A stretch of DNA of 64,000 nt, from the NCBI RefSeq assembly GCF_001194135.2, contig NC_068984.1:25674225-25738224 (forward strand), in the 5' to 3' direction. Positions within the stretch are counted from its first letter, which is position 1. The number at the start of each line of letters is the position of its first letter. Shown here piece by piece: positions 24,997 through 38,230 of this stretch. The stretch comes from Octopus bimaculoides. Lineage: Eukaryota. The position numbers and the translations under genes were made by a program. The notes below the pieces were generated by a model. The model had not been told where the DNA came from. It ran no database searches and saw only the letters and a list, made by a program, of their open reading frames with translations.

Positions 24997-25212
24997 TCCT
25001 TTAGTATTCAGATTACTCTGTCAAATGCGATGCTTATTTATTCACATTAATTTGAATTTGTCATATATTGTCTCATAACTTCAAGATTTCAGTGATGTGA
25101 TTATTCTTAGAATGACATCATAAAGCAGATGTAAGAGGCTAGATCTGGCTGGTTTGAACATAAAACAGATAGGATATTTGAGCAGGTTGTGGCTGGTTTA
25201 AATGCTAAATCA
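24997..25212. mobile_element. piggyBac-like MITE (second family; related truncated copy at 62407-62600 in opposite orientation)
   Basis: TTAA|tcctttagtattcaga ... tttaaatgctaaa. At 62403, TTAA|ccctttagcatttaaac has alignable internal sequence. Confidence 0.6.
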
Positions 25213-25689
25213 TTTAGATATCTTCATTCTAGTGTTTGCTTCTACATTTGGAATCTTCTTTTGAATTCTTGGATAGAGTCAGCTATGAGAACTAGCTATG
25301 AGAACATCAGTATCATACAAAAGTTCCTAAGGACAGCTAGTCTTAAACTTCTTATTTAGTGCCTAGATAGCCTATAATAAACAGGAACAGACTGAACTTC
25401 CTTGCTGAACTTATTGTTAACTCTCATCTTGTTGACAAGATCCCTGTACATGGTTTGAATGCCTATCACAAGTTATAAAATGAATACCAGGTAAATTATT
25501 AGACCCTGTTTCTCTGCTTTGCTTATCCAGGTTCACAAATTGATAAGTTTAGTTTTCTTCTTTTCGCAGAGGGCTATCCTCTGTAAAGTCTCTGCTGTTT
25601 GGTTCTCTTCTTCAAAATCTCTTCACAAGCATCCTTTCATACTGTTTTCATTTCCAACTATGTCTGCTCCACTAATACATCTTTCACAA

Positions 25690-25950
25690 TGAGAAATAGG
25701 GCTGAATGGATGGGACAACCCAAGAGAAATCTGTTTTCATCATTACAAGGCAAGCCCTCTGATGGACACCCCAAGAGAAGTATAAGCATGGAAAATCAAA
25801 AACAACATAGAATGGGTCTACAGAAACTGAAGCACTGGCAGGCAGCTACACCAGGGGACCACTGCAAACTATTGCCGAAGACCAAGGCAGATGGAGATCT
25901 CTCGGTGCCCTAAACTCCACATGGAGTTAAAAGAATTAAGAAGAAGAAAT
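25690..25950 (+). mobile_element. RTE-like LINE 3' end with (AAG)n tail
   Basis: QGKPSDGHPKRS... (degenerate G.R..GRP...W), then aagaattaagaagaagaa. Confidence 0.6.
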
Positions 25951-27548
25951 TACCAGAATTCATTCTTACAATTATATGGAGGCATATGGCTTAGTGGTTA
26001 GGGTGCTGGACTCATGATCGTAAGATTGTGATTTCAATTCCTGGAACAGGCAATGCATTGTGTTCTTGAGCAAAACACTTCATTTCACATTGCTCCAGTC
26101 CACTCAGCTGGTGATAATGAGTAATCCTGCAATGAACTAGCATCCCATCCAGGGAGGAATATATATGCCAGAGAAACTGGGAAATTGACCCTATGCTTCT
26201 TACAGAGTAATGTGGACTAACCATCCTTACAACCATATAAAAGGCAGCTTAAACTTAATCAAAGGAAATATTACTCTTATGAGAATCAATCTCTTCATTA
26301 TAATCTTCCCTTAAATTACTTATCAATCTTCAGATTGTTACCCACCCCCATCAAAACATATTTCAATTCTTAGCTGTTCTGTCTTTGTCAAGTCTAGTTC
26401 TTTGCCTAAAAGTCAACATAATACCAGTGATGGGATACAAACTCTAACACTATAACTATCACCTTATCCACACAGCCATTATAATTTCTCAAGATTTGAT
26501 GTATTTTTCAATAATTGTTGCTTTTTTAAACATTTGTATTTCTCAGTTCATTACTCCTGTGTCAATGTCAACTTGAACCTAGCTCATTGGCACAATTCAG
26601 TAACAACAACAGTAGCAACAGTAATAGAAGCAACAATAACCACAACCACCACCACCCCAACACCGCCGCCACCNNNNNNNNNNNNNNNNNNNNNNNNNNN
26701 NNNNNNNNNNNNNNNNNNNNNNNNNNNNNNNNNNNNNNNNNNNNNAAATACATGAGCCGCTCTTACTACTACTACTACTACTACTACAACTGCTGAAATT
26801 TCATTCCAATTTCCTAACATGCAAAATCAAATACATTGCAATGGAAATAATTCAAATTCATAAAAATATATAAAAAAAAACAACCAAATATTGGCGAGAA
26901 GGAGAGGAAGATAGATAGACAGAGAGAGAGAGAGAGAGAGAGAGAGGCAACTAAATCACATTTCAGTTGGAAAGGGAAAGAAAGGAAGTGATTTGGAATA
27001 GACTTTTAATAAGAGATTTAACCTTTCAAGCCATGGAGAGCTTATTAATGGATATGACTGATCTTTTCCCAATGATATCATGTTAGAAACATTGAAGAGG
27101 AAATCCCACCAACTCCACTAAAAGATGAGATGCTAAGATGACTGTTACTGGATGTCTATAGTTTAGGTGAAATTGATGGCACTACTTGCTCCTTTAAGTA
27201 CAGCTTGTTTCAGAACTAATAGCTTATTTTCATAGTGATGTCAGAATTTAAGGGCTTTGCCAAACGGAAGATGGATCAAGAAGATTTTGCTAATACATTA
27301 TCATATATGTTGCAAACTGGTAGAAAATACTGATGTGTGACATTGTCACCAGGCCCTTAACTTTTGAAGGATACACCATTATCATCATCATCATCATCAT
27401 TTAGCACCTGTTTTCCATGCTGGCATGAGTTTGACAATTTGACTGGAGCTGATACGCTGGAGAGCTGTACCAGGTTCCAGTCTGTTTGGGCTTGGTTCTT
27501 ACGGCTAGATGCCCTTCCTAATGCTAACAACTCCACAGAGTGTACCAG

Positions 27549-27835
27549 GTGCCTTTTATGTGTCACTGGCATAAATGCCTTTTACAGGTGATTTTTACGG
27601 GTGCCTTTTACGGGTGCCTTTTACACATCAGCAGCATGGGTACCTTTTACATGTCCCTGGCATGAGTGCCTTTTGCATGTCACCAGCATGAGTGCCTTCT
27701 ATACGTCCCTGGCACAAGTGCCTTTTACGGGTGCCTTTTACATGCCACCAGTATGGGTACCTTTTACATGTCACTGGCATGAGTGCCTTTTACATGCAAC
27801 CAATATGGGTGCCTTTTACGCATCACTGGATGTGT
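27549..27835. repeat. Diverged ~26-bp tandem array (gtgccttttacatgtcactggcatga) inside a family B SINE
   Basis: About ten gtgcctttta cores; a related unit occurs at 59040-59135. Confidence 0.85.
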
Positions 27836-28035
27836 CTTCTTTAACAGTTCCCACTTTCACTTGTTCAATGTTTTGCAAAAAAACAATTGTTCTTTAAATA
27901 TGAACATTTTCAGAATGTACTTTTTTTTTACACTAAAACAAAAGGAAAATTTTGAAATTGCTATTCATAGGTTCTTATGCCACGATTTTACTGATCTGCC
28001 CCGCTTGAGATCAAATTGGGTTGATATGTGACCCT

Positions 28036-28432
28036 ACTCTCTTTACTCTTTACTCTTTTACTTGTTTCAGTCATTTGACTGCGGCCATGCTGGAGTACCG
28101 CCTTTAGTCGAGCAAATCGACCCCAGGACTTATTCTTTTTGAAAGCCTAGTACTTATTCTATCGGTCTCTTACGGGGACATAAACACACCACCATCGGTT
28201 GTCAAGCGATGTTGGGGGGACAAACACAGACACACAAACATATACACACACATACATATACATATATATATATATACATATATACGACGGGCTTCTTTCA
28301 GTTTCCGTCTACCAAATCCACTCACAAGGCTTTGGTCGGCTCGAGGCTATAGTAGAAGACACTTGCCCAAGGTGCCACCCAGAACCATGTGGTTGGTGAG
28401 CAAGCTACTTACCACACAGCCACTCGTGCGCC
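28036..28432 (-). mobile_element. SINE family A, near full length
   Basis: High similarity to 57862-58272; tail (gagtaaa)n. Confidence 0.88.
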
Positions 28433-30260
28433 GTGAACTAAAATGAATTTGATACCTCTGCCCTAGAGCTTACCATTAGTTATTTAACAAAGCCCATTTC
28501 TCAGACCTGATCAGAGAAATACCAGTTGCCTTAGCTAGTAGTTACTTCATTAACCTGTGTTAATAGAACATGCATACACATTGTTTCTTACTCTCTCTCT
28601 GTTACTCACACTCTCTCTCTAATGTTGTTCCTTCTCTCTGTTACTCACCCTCTCTGTTACTCACCCTCTCTATTACTCATTCTCACTCTCTGTTGTTGCT
28701 CTCTCTCTCTCTCTCTCTCTGTTGCTCATTCTCTCTTACTTTCTATCATTGCCTTGATTGACCAGCTAAGATCCCACTAGAACACACACTCCTTCACCAG
28801 TTTAATCTCTGTTGGGCCATGCAAAAAAATTAGTCACAATTATGTTTAGGTATAGTGAACTTATTTTTCTTTCTTTCTTTGCATACACTTGCAACTATTT
28901 TTAACTTAACTTCTCACAGCTTGGAAACAATACACAACTCTTTTTCACTGAAAACAAGACAAAACAAAACAACAAAAAAACCTGCAACAACCTCAACTTC
29001 TGCCTGTATTCTGAAATACAACTGTTTCATAATCTATTGAAGAGAGAGAGAGAGAGGGGTGGTTGTGTGTGAAGGAGAGAGACAGAGTGAGTGATAGATT
29101 CTTTTGATTATACAGTATGAAAATGTCCATATTGAATATGCATCAATTGTATTTCAGCTAACGTGTCTTTTCTTCCATGTAAAAGTTAAATTGTTTCATG
29201 GAACTGAACTATTGTTCTCTCTCACATTATGACATTATGAAAAGAACATTCCTTCTTTTTCTTGTTGTATTCCACCAGGACGCATGTCTGATATGATCTG
29301 TCTTTTAATAAACAATAAAATATATTGTTGATTTACAATACTGACAGCTTCTGTCTTGACTTCTTTCAGAATTCTATTAACATTATTACTTGTTAAACCC
29401 TTAATCCATGCTTGATTGTTTCAATAAAAAATGGGAAAGGACACATTAGACAATGTAGTCCTGGATGTACAGTGTCTGTTTAAAAGAAATAGGATTCTTA
29501 TTGTCTTTATCTTTTAATTGTTTCAGTCACTGGACTGTGGTCATGCTGGAGCACTACTTTTAAAGGGTTTAGCAAAACAAATCGATTCTAACACTTATTC
29601 CTAAGTCTGGTACTTATTCTATCAGTATCTCTTGCCCAACTACTAAGTTATGAGGATGCAAACTAATCAACACCAGTTGTTAAGTGGTGGTGGAGGACAA
29701 ATACACACACACACACACAAACACACAAATCGAAGCGTACAGTGTCACATATCCTTTTCAGCTGATGTTACCAATCGGTTTCACACTAGGGGTTCAATGG
29801 GATGTTAGGTAAGAGCCTGATTATGTAACATTGTGCTCGTCAGGGTTAGCAGGTATGGAAGAAAATATGGTGATTGCTCTCTATTGTTGAAGGTGAAAGA
29901 CAGTTTCCCTCTCACAAGTTATTGATTGACCCTGGGCTATAGTAGAAGATGCTTATGCTAGGTACAGTGCAAAGGGATTGAAACCAAAACACTGTAGTTA
30001 CAAAGTAAGCTTCTTGACTACATAGCCATATATATCTATATTTTTTAAATTGTTATTAAATGTACATAATTTAGATCATCACCAATAAATATTTTACATC
30101 AACATGTCTTGTGATAACAGTCAGCTTCAAGTAATAGTTGTAATCCTTAAATCTTTCAACATTATTGATATCTTTATTCTAATTTAGATCTATACCACTG
30201 ATACATATCAGAAAACAGAAACAAGTTAAATGATTTCAACACCTTTTTGTGATCTATAAG

Positions 30261-30952
30261 CAGTGGCGGCTTGTATATAGGCACTGCAGAACTCCAGCAC
30301 CCCCTACTTGATATTATCGATAACATTCAATATAATGAGTCCTTTTTTTCCTTAAATTCTTTCTTTATACTTGTGCATTATATAATCCTTAAGCTTAATG
30401 CCAGTAGCCATCCCCTATGAAAAAGTACAAAAATCCTTGTATAGAACTGTGTGCTTCACAGTTCCAGCGACGTCCCGTTTGGCTGTTGTGCATATGCTCA
30501 CATGTCCAAGATAGGAAGCTTCACCCTAGGGAGAGACAGCACTATAGTTCACGTAGTGCTGGTGAAAGGTAGTGTTTCTCTTTGACTCTGCATGTGTTGT
30601 GCTTAAAAACGTGTTTATATTCTTGAATGTGATAAAGTGTAGAATTAGAGTATTAACCTGCTTTCCAGCTTCAGTGTTTCTGCCAGGATTTGAAAAATAG
30701 GGCAGATTTTCCCTCCTTATTTTGTGATTTAGGTTTTTTTTTTGAAAAGCAAGGGGGAATTTCCCGGCGGTGTTAAGTGAACAAATTAAACACACTATCT
30801 GGCAGTGGTTAAAACGTGAACCGATCAAGTTTATGTTCAAATTTTCTTTTTATATATTTGTTTCCACAATATTAAAGCAATAGCTAAAAATTTTCTGAAG
30901 CAGCAGCACAACACCCCCCGCCCCCACTAATTTTATCTATAAGCCGCCATTG
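30261..30952. mobile_element. Non-autonomous hAT element with 8-bp TSD
   Basis: TIR cagtggcggctt / aagccgccattg (11/12); flanks tctataag (30253-30260) and tctataaa (30953-30960), 7/8. Confidence 0.85.
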
Positions 30953-31705
30953 TCTATAAAGCATTTTCTGATATTTCCTTGTCGAATGAACAAAAAGAAA
31001 AGAAAAGAAAAGAAAACAAACCAGTGATAAAATTGATGAAAAATAGACAGTATTTGACAAAAATTATAGAATAATATATTCATCATATAAAACAAAATAT
31101 TTATAATATTATTAAAATGAATATTTTCAGAAGAGGATGCTCTAGCATGGCCTTAGCTATGATAACTAAATGAACTAAAGAACTAACAATCACATGAAAA
31201 TGTAGCTCCAAGAGAAACAGAACTTAAAAGAAAAAAAATCAATTACATCAAAGAAAGCAAAGTAAAAATTTCCTATTTCAGAAATTTAGATATTTTAGAG
31301 ATAAAACAAAGACAAAAATAAAAAAGAATACACAATTTAAGGAATCAATTCACTATTGATCAGAGGTTATTGAACAGTTCTTTTTTCCCCAATGCATCCT
31401 TAACATTAGAATACTATAAAACAAAGAAGTATGAGCGTCACATGTAGTGGGTTAAATATAGGTCACTTATAGGTTGTAATGAGGAAAGAAGACAATTATC
31501 TCTATTAAGGGTAATAAAAACTGGAAGTTAAATGTTACAACCGATAAAACTGCATAGAAAATCAAAATTAGACATGCCATTTGGTAGCAAATTTTAAGAC
31601 AGAGATAGTACTTTCAGTTTTCTCATATTACCAACAGAGGTTTCAGTCATTCAGTTCAGTGCAAGTTATTCACTGGAAACTAAGAAATGCTTTAAGTTTG
31701 AAGTA

Positions 31706-31892
31706 CTATATTTGATGGCATAAAGGATGTATGGACAAGTTAGCTGAACTCCATTTTTAACAGCATATATTCAAGGGATAATAGTTTTGAGTGCATAAAT
31801 GCTTATCGGAGGCCCAACTTCACACTTGGTGTGGGTTTTTTTTAAACATTTTTTGGGGAAAAATTTTTGATCTTATATGCCATCAAATATGG
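31706..31892. mobile_element. pogo-like MITE with TA TSD
   Basis: TA|ctatatttgatggcataaagga ... tcttatatgccatcaaatatgg|TA. Confidence 0.75.
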
Positions 31893-34212
31893 TATTTGTC
31901 AAGATTTAGCAATGGATAGTCAAACTGATGTGAAGTAAAAAGGAAGAATAATGACTTTATTAAAAATAAAATGCACAGTCAGCCGTCACTTACAAACAAG
32001 TATGGCTTGGTAACATGTACCGTGCTTTCAGCAATTGTTTTAGGTGTCTATGTTGTCACAAGCAAACATAGATACTCTCTTGATCCCCTAACACTTGACC
32101 CTGTGACACGTCCAGACTGTGACAGCTGGACGGAGAGTGCTGTGTAAGCACCTGGTTGGTTCTTATTTACAGCTGAGTAGACTGGAGCAACATGAGATGA
32201 AGTGCCTTGTCCAAGGCTACATTGATCAATCTGGGAACTTTAGGAGATTAGGATCATGAACCAAACACTTTAGCCACTATGCTACATAATTCCAGATAGT
32301 ATTAAATAGTTTCAGAAGTTTCATCTACTCCTACATATTAGCCAATCAATATTGATTAACTCACCAAATAGCATTATTCTTCTGGGTTCAGTAAATAGGT
32401 GCCAAATTCACACTACCATTGAGAAGTTCATGTCTGGAACTGATAAACAATTGCTCCAGTAACTTCTGCAAATAACTGAATGTTGAGGAATTACCCAATC
32501 TCTATTTTGATAGCATGGTAAAACTAAATTTGCAAATATGGAAAAGATAAAATAAAGCAAAAAAAAAAAAAGAGGAAAGAAGGAAAATCACCATCATGAA
32601 TTTCTGCATAGTTGGTTTCTTTCAAAGTAATGATGTTATATAATAATTTAAATGATAGTTGACCTAAGTATAAGCTATTCTTTATAACTGTCAAAACTCG
32701 TTTAGACATATTTCAGTTAATCTTTGTAAATCTATACTTCTATCTATTGTGATTTTTCACATGACACCATGACTGACACCACTGAAAAAGAGGAGCTGGC
32801 TAGAAATGTAAAGTTCAATGAGCCATATCTGCTTCATAAACCGAAGCTGTACTGTAGAATTCCATCTCATCACGCTTATCACGCTTGCTGAATAATCAAT
32901 TTATGATGTAATCAGCTGAAATACTCTTCTCCTAGCTGAAAGAAATTCATTTCTCTTGTTTCAAACAACATTTAGTAAAATACAAACAATTAAGTCAACA
33001 ATAGAAAGAGTGGAAAATGAATATATATATATATATATATAAATTAATTTGTCATTTCATATATCTGAATTGTATAAAATAAGGATGAGTTTACATTCTT
33101 AATGGCTGAATAACTTTGGTAAATAGAAGGCACAAAACATTTCTCCTGTTTAGGACGTTTTACTGGTAAGTGATTAAATCATGTGATACACATTTGGATT
33201 TTTTCCCTTATGGTATTACATCCATTTTACATGATTGTATGAATAAGTTTTCCCGGACAAGCGATTGTCTTTACCAATGGACCGTTTTTACTTACTATCC
33301 AAATTGGCGTAGGACCTGTTTTGTTAGGTAAACTAGAGTGGAGTTATATTCCTCACTTAGGAGTACTATACAATAGCTGTAGTAGTAATAAGATATAAGC
33401 TTATGATCATGTGCTCAGTAGAAGTCCAGCATTCTAGTCTTGTAGCCATTCTGCTTCATTAGTTGTGATTTTGTTTATTGACCTGTCATATAAATGTTAG
33501 GTGGCATTAAGAAGTTGCCTTATAATAAATGAATATCTTTTGTTTTACTCAACTTATACAGGCCAAAATTATTAGAGTGTTGGACAAAATGTTTTGTGGC
33601 ATTTTTTCCAACTCTTTACATTCCGAGTTCAAATCCTAACAAGGTCAACCTTGCTTTTCATTCATCCTGGGTTGATTAAATAAAGTATAAATCAAGCTGT
33701 GAGGTTAATGTAATTGAGTAACATTCTCCACATCAAAATTACTGGCTTTATACCTAATGAAGAAATCAATTTTGCTGGTAATGTTTCTCATCAAGATTGA
33801 CTCTAACTTTCATTTTTCCATTGGTAATAAAATAATTACAAGTAAAATAATGAGGTTGATTCAGTCAAGTTTACTACAACAAAGTAAAACTGTTTTGTGC
33901 CTAAGTAAGCTACTGATATGGAATATTTGAGATGTGTGCTACAGAGTATAGGATGTTGATTGGAATAATTAGAATGTTAGACATGGAAGTTAAACACATG
34001 TTCATAAGGTCATGGATCCGATTTGTGGTCTAAGTAGTACATTGTGCCCTTGAGCAAAACACTTCCGTTCGTGTTGCTTCAGCTGAAATTCGTGCCAACC
34101 TAAGGCTGGTGCATCTCTTTTTCCCTGCAGTTGTCATACTCTGGAATTTTTGCTGGATCAAGAGTGTGTGGGTTGAGAAGTGTATCAATATTTGCTGGTA
34201 ATTATTGTTGTT

Positions 34213-34580
34213 GTTGGCACTCCATCGCTTACGACGTCGAGGGTTTCAGTTGATCCAATCAACGGAACAGCCTGCTCGTGAAATTAACGTGCAAGTGGCT
34301 GAGCACTCCACAGACACGTAGTTCTCGGGGATATTCAGTGTGACACAGTGCGACAAAGTTGGCCCTTTGAAATACAGGTACAACAGAAACAGGAAGAAAG
34401 AGTGAGAGAAAGTTGTGGTGGAAGAGTACAGCAGGGTTCGCCACCATCCCCTACCGGAGCCTTGTGGAGCTTTTAGGTGTTTTCGCTCAATAAAGACTCA
34501 CAATGCCCAGTCTGGGAATCGAAACTGCGATCCTATGACCACGAGTCCGCTACCCTAACCACTGGGCCATTGCGCCTCCA
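34213..34580 (-). mobile_element. tRNA-derived SINE family D, full length
   Basis: Head tggaggcgcaatggcccagtggttaggg...gtttcgattcc, tail ggagtgccaacaacaa; second copy at 48447-48830. Confidence 0.88.
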
Positions 34581-34599
34581 CTGCTGGTAATTATATTGA

Positions 34600-35240
34600 T
34601 GCCTAAAAGAATTGTGGTCTGGAGCAGCTATATCAATTGGATCATGGAAGCAGGGTCTACTGGTTGGAGTGGACGGCAAGGAGTGCTCAGCAAAGCCTTC
34701 AAGAATAGAAAAAAAATCACCCAAACATCATCGAGATTAGTATGAGATCCAGACATTGCACTCACCTCAGTTTCATCAAACAAGTGATTCTGATTGGACT
34801 CACTGTGCCACATGAAAGCAGAATTGAAGAAACCCATATCCATAAGACTGAAAAATATGTCAGTTTAAGCCATCAGACTAAAAGAATCTGCCTTCCAAAC
34901 CAATATCCTCACTATGGAAGTGAGCACATGAGGGTTTGTGGGCAGATATGCCTATGATCTCATGAAATGACTCTCAATTTCTGGGGTCAAGAAAAACAGC
35001 TAAGGCAATGGCAGAAGCAGCTAAGAAAAGTTCCAATTGGATCTGGTCATGGAGGAATGGAAGTGAATTTCAGAAAAAATAATTTTACCCTACTGTCAAC
35101 TGCTGTCTTAGATGAACTGGTTACAACACCCAAGGTACCGTGGTTCTGGGATGACTTAACAACCATCAAAAAGGATATTTTAATGGTTAAACAGTAAAGT
35201 GAAATCTGATGCAGTTTGCTTGGAAAAGATTCCACAATGC
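34600..35240 (+). mobile_element. HERO-like non-LTR retrotransposon 3' end (RLE domain plus 3' UTR)
   Basis: Frameshift-corrected reading R-PD-IALTS..KQVILIGLTVPHESRIEETHIHKTEKY...EVST*GFVG...AEAAKKSSNWIWSWRN*; the 3' UTR is repeated in inverted orientation at ~37595-37745. Confidence 0.7.
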
Positions 35241-35464
35241 TTTTTGTGCCAAAGCAACAAAAACATCATCATCATTGTTTAATGTCTGTCTTCTATCCAT
35301 ATATATATATATATATATGTGTATATATATACCATCATCATCATTAAATGTCCGTTTTCCAAGCTGACAGACGGTTTGAATGAAAACTGGTAAGCTGGGG
35401 AGTTGCACCAGGTTCCAATCTGATTTGGCATGGTTTCTATGGCTGGATGCCTTCCCTAATACCA

Positions 35465-35930
35465 ACATCATCATCATTTAACGTCCACTTTCCATGCTAG
35501 CATGGGTTGGACGATTTGACTGAGGACTGGCGAACCAGATAGCTACACCAAGCTCCAATCTAATTTGGCATGATTTTCTAGGGCTGAATGCCCTTCCTAA
35601 CGCGAACCACTCCGAGAGTGTAGTGGGTACTTTTACGTGCCACCAGCATAAAGGCCAGTCAGGCGGTACTGGCAATGGCCATTCTCAAAATGGTGTATTT
35701 TACATGCCACCTGCACAGGAGCCAGTCCAACAGCACTGGCAACGACCTCGCTCGAATGTCTTTTCACGTGCCAGGAAGGCAATGCTGGTAACGATCACGC
35801 TCAAACGGTGCTATTTATGTGCCACTGGCACGGAAGCCAGACAGCTGCTCTGGCAACGATCACGCTCGGATGGTGTTCTTAGTGCTCCACTGGTACAGGT
35901 GCCATCACGATTTCGCTTTCACTTGCCGCA
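35465..35930 (-). mobile_element. SINE family B with internal ~50-65 bp tandem repeats
   Basis: Recurrent units gtgccac..gcac..gccag...ctggcaacga.c.cgctc; similar array at 45340-45610. Confidence 0.82.
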
Positions 35931-37839
35931 GCCTATGTCTCTTTGCTTTGACATTGTGATAATTGTAAATGAATGTCACTGTCATATACACAGCATCATT
36001 TATCTCCAACATTTTGCAAGCATTTATTACCTTGCTTAGAAACTGGTGAAGGTTGGTGAAAGGAAAGGGCATCTGATAGTCAAAAAGCTACTTCAATAAA
36101 CTCTTCAACTCAAGCAAGCATGGAAAAGTGGATGTTGATACAATGGTGATGATAATATTACTAATATCCATAAGGCAGCAAGCTGGCAGAAACGTTAGCA
36201 CACCGGCTGAAATGCTTAGCAGTATTTCGTCTGTCTTACGTTCTGAGTTCAAATTCCACCAAGGTTGACTTTGCCTTTCACCCTTTTGGGGGTCGATAAA
36301 TTAAGTACCAGTTGCATACTGGGGTCAATCTAATCAACTGGCCCCCTTCCCCAAAATTTCGGGCCTTGTGCCTAGAGTAGAAAAGAAAAGACTATTACTA
36401 ATATCTATGCTATTGACTGTAGAGAATGAAAAGCTGTTAACACAGATGGGATTTTTATGGTACTGAAGTTTAAAAGCTAACAACTTCGCACTTTCCTCCA
36501 ACCTTTTTATAATAATACTTTCCCATGTCAAAAAAAAAAAAAAAAAAAATTAGAGAAGGAAAAGTCATTCAAAATACCTCTGCCTTTCTCAAGACATTCT
36601 AATTGAGCATTAAAATAGTTATAAACTCAATTCATTGGAAACCAGCTCTGTGACTGCACTATAAAAGATTAAAGGCTCTATTTGTAAAAAGCTCTCACTC
36701 TTAAATATAACTATTTCATTACATAAGCAGGAAGCCTAAGGTCTTTAAGAGAAATAGGAAGTGTAGTGGCATATTCTTTCTCATTTGAGTGACGTGGTAA
36801 AATAAATAAAAATGGTGAGGATCCAAACCTGCTTGAGTGTTTAATTTATCAACAAGAAATAGACATAATACAGTATCAACTATAATTATTAATCCTTGTT
36901 ATTAAATGCAATTAATGAGGGTGGATTGGCTGAATTCTTAGTTAGATAAAATGCCATGCAGCATTTGTTGTGGCTCTTTATGTTCATCATCATCATCATC
37001 ATTTAACGTCCGCTTTCCATGCTAGCATGGGTTGGATGATTTGACCGAGGACTGGTGGACCAGGAGGCGACACCAGGCTCCAATCTGATTTGGCAGAGAT
37101 TCTACAGCTGGATGCCCTTCCTAATGCCAACCACTCCAAGAGTGTAGTGGGTGCTTTTTACATGCCACCAGCACGAGGGCCAGTCAGGCAGAACTGGCGA
37201 TGGCCACGCTCGAAATGGTGTGTTTTACGTGCCACCTGCACAGGAGCCAGCCCATCAGCACTGGCAATGATCTCGCTCAAATCTTACTAAGTCAATTTTG
37301 CCTTTCATTCCTCCTGGGGCAATAAAATAAAGTACCCATCACATACTGAAGTTGGTTAATTAGAAGTTCCCTCCTCTCAAAATTACTGGTCTTTTGCCTA
37401 ATTTAGAAACAGTTACAAAATGTAAGACTTTGTGAAAAGTTTATAGATATTTGTGTCACAGAAGCAGTGTGGGACATGTGCGGATACAAATTAAGGTAAG
37501 CATAGAGATATAATAATGCTTGTATCACAATAGAATCATTTCCTATTTCTTAGTATTTAACTCTGTTATGCACTTATAAATCAAGCATTACACACACACA
37601 TTGTGGAATCTTTTCAGAGCAAACTGCATCAAATTTCACTATACTGTTTAACCATTAGAATATCCTTCTTGATGGTTAAGTCATCCCAGAACCAAGGTAC
37701 TTTGGGTGTTGTAACCAAGTCAGCTAAGACAGTTGATTGTAGGGTAAAACACATGACCATGACTGTTAAATTCATCATGGATAAATGCATTGCTTATAAT
37801 TTCATCAAGAGTAATAGATTATTCGTATATTTATTGTCT

Positions 37840-38230
37840 TGCCAAACAGATCACTGGAGGGCTGGATGCAAAACAATGACATAAGGTGGTGAGATGAATG
37901 CATCAGGAGTGTAATACCAGCTTAGCTCTAAAGAACAAAAGTCATTATAGCAGCAAAGAAAACAGAGACAGGAGACAGCACACTTGTGGACATAGGATGG
38001 AGTGTGTGATGTGTCTGTTAGTGATTTAATGCCAATCAGTTGAGTGGCTTTTTCTCTGGATGTGGTCCAGGTTATATGTGTGAATAGCAGCAGCACTATC
38101 ACAGATGAGGGAGTAGTACTCCATTGCAAGCCTACTTTGAGTTTTGTGGTGTGTAACTTTCGTAAAACTATATCTGCCGATGACTTGTTCTCTAATGTTA
38201 TGAGAGGTATCACACGCCTGACAACAAATT
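37840..38230 (-). mobile_element. CR1/Jockey-type LINE RT C-terminal remnant (related copy at 43130-43500)
   Basis: REKATQLIGIKSLTD...AVSCLCFLCCYNDFCSLELS; the 43217-43405 ORF has [17 protein letters not shown]. Confidence 0.7.

Noticed and set aside
32766-32890. Short plus-strand ORF MTDTTEKEELARNVKFNEPYLLHKPKLYCR...
   Set aside because: About 40 aa with no recognisable homology or splice signals; consistent with chance.
34500-34580. tRNA-like sequence with A and B boxes (also at 48750-48830, 58190-58272 and 11220-11311)
   Set aside because: These are SINE heads: no complete cloverleaf, and they continue directly into shared SINE bodies.
35620-35920. Repeat-spacer-like array resembling CRISPR
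   Set aside because: Eukaryotic context, no cas genes, and the 'spacers' are mutually similar; it is a SINE-internal tandem repeat.
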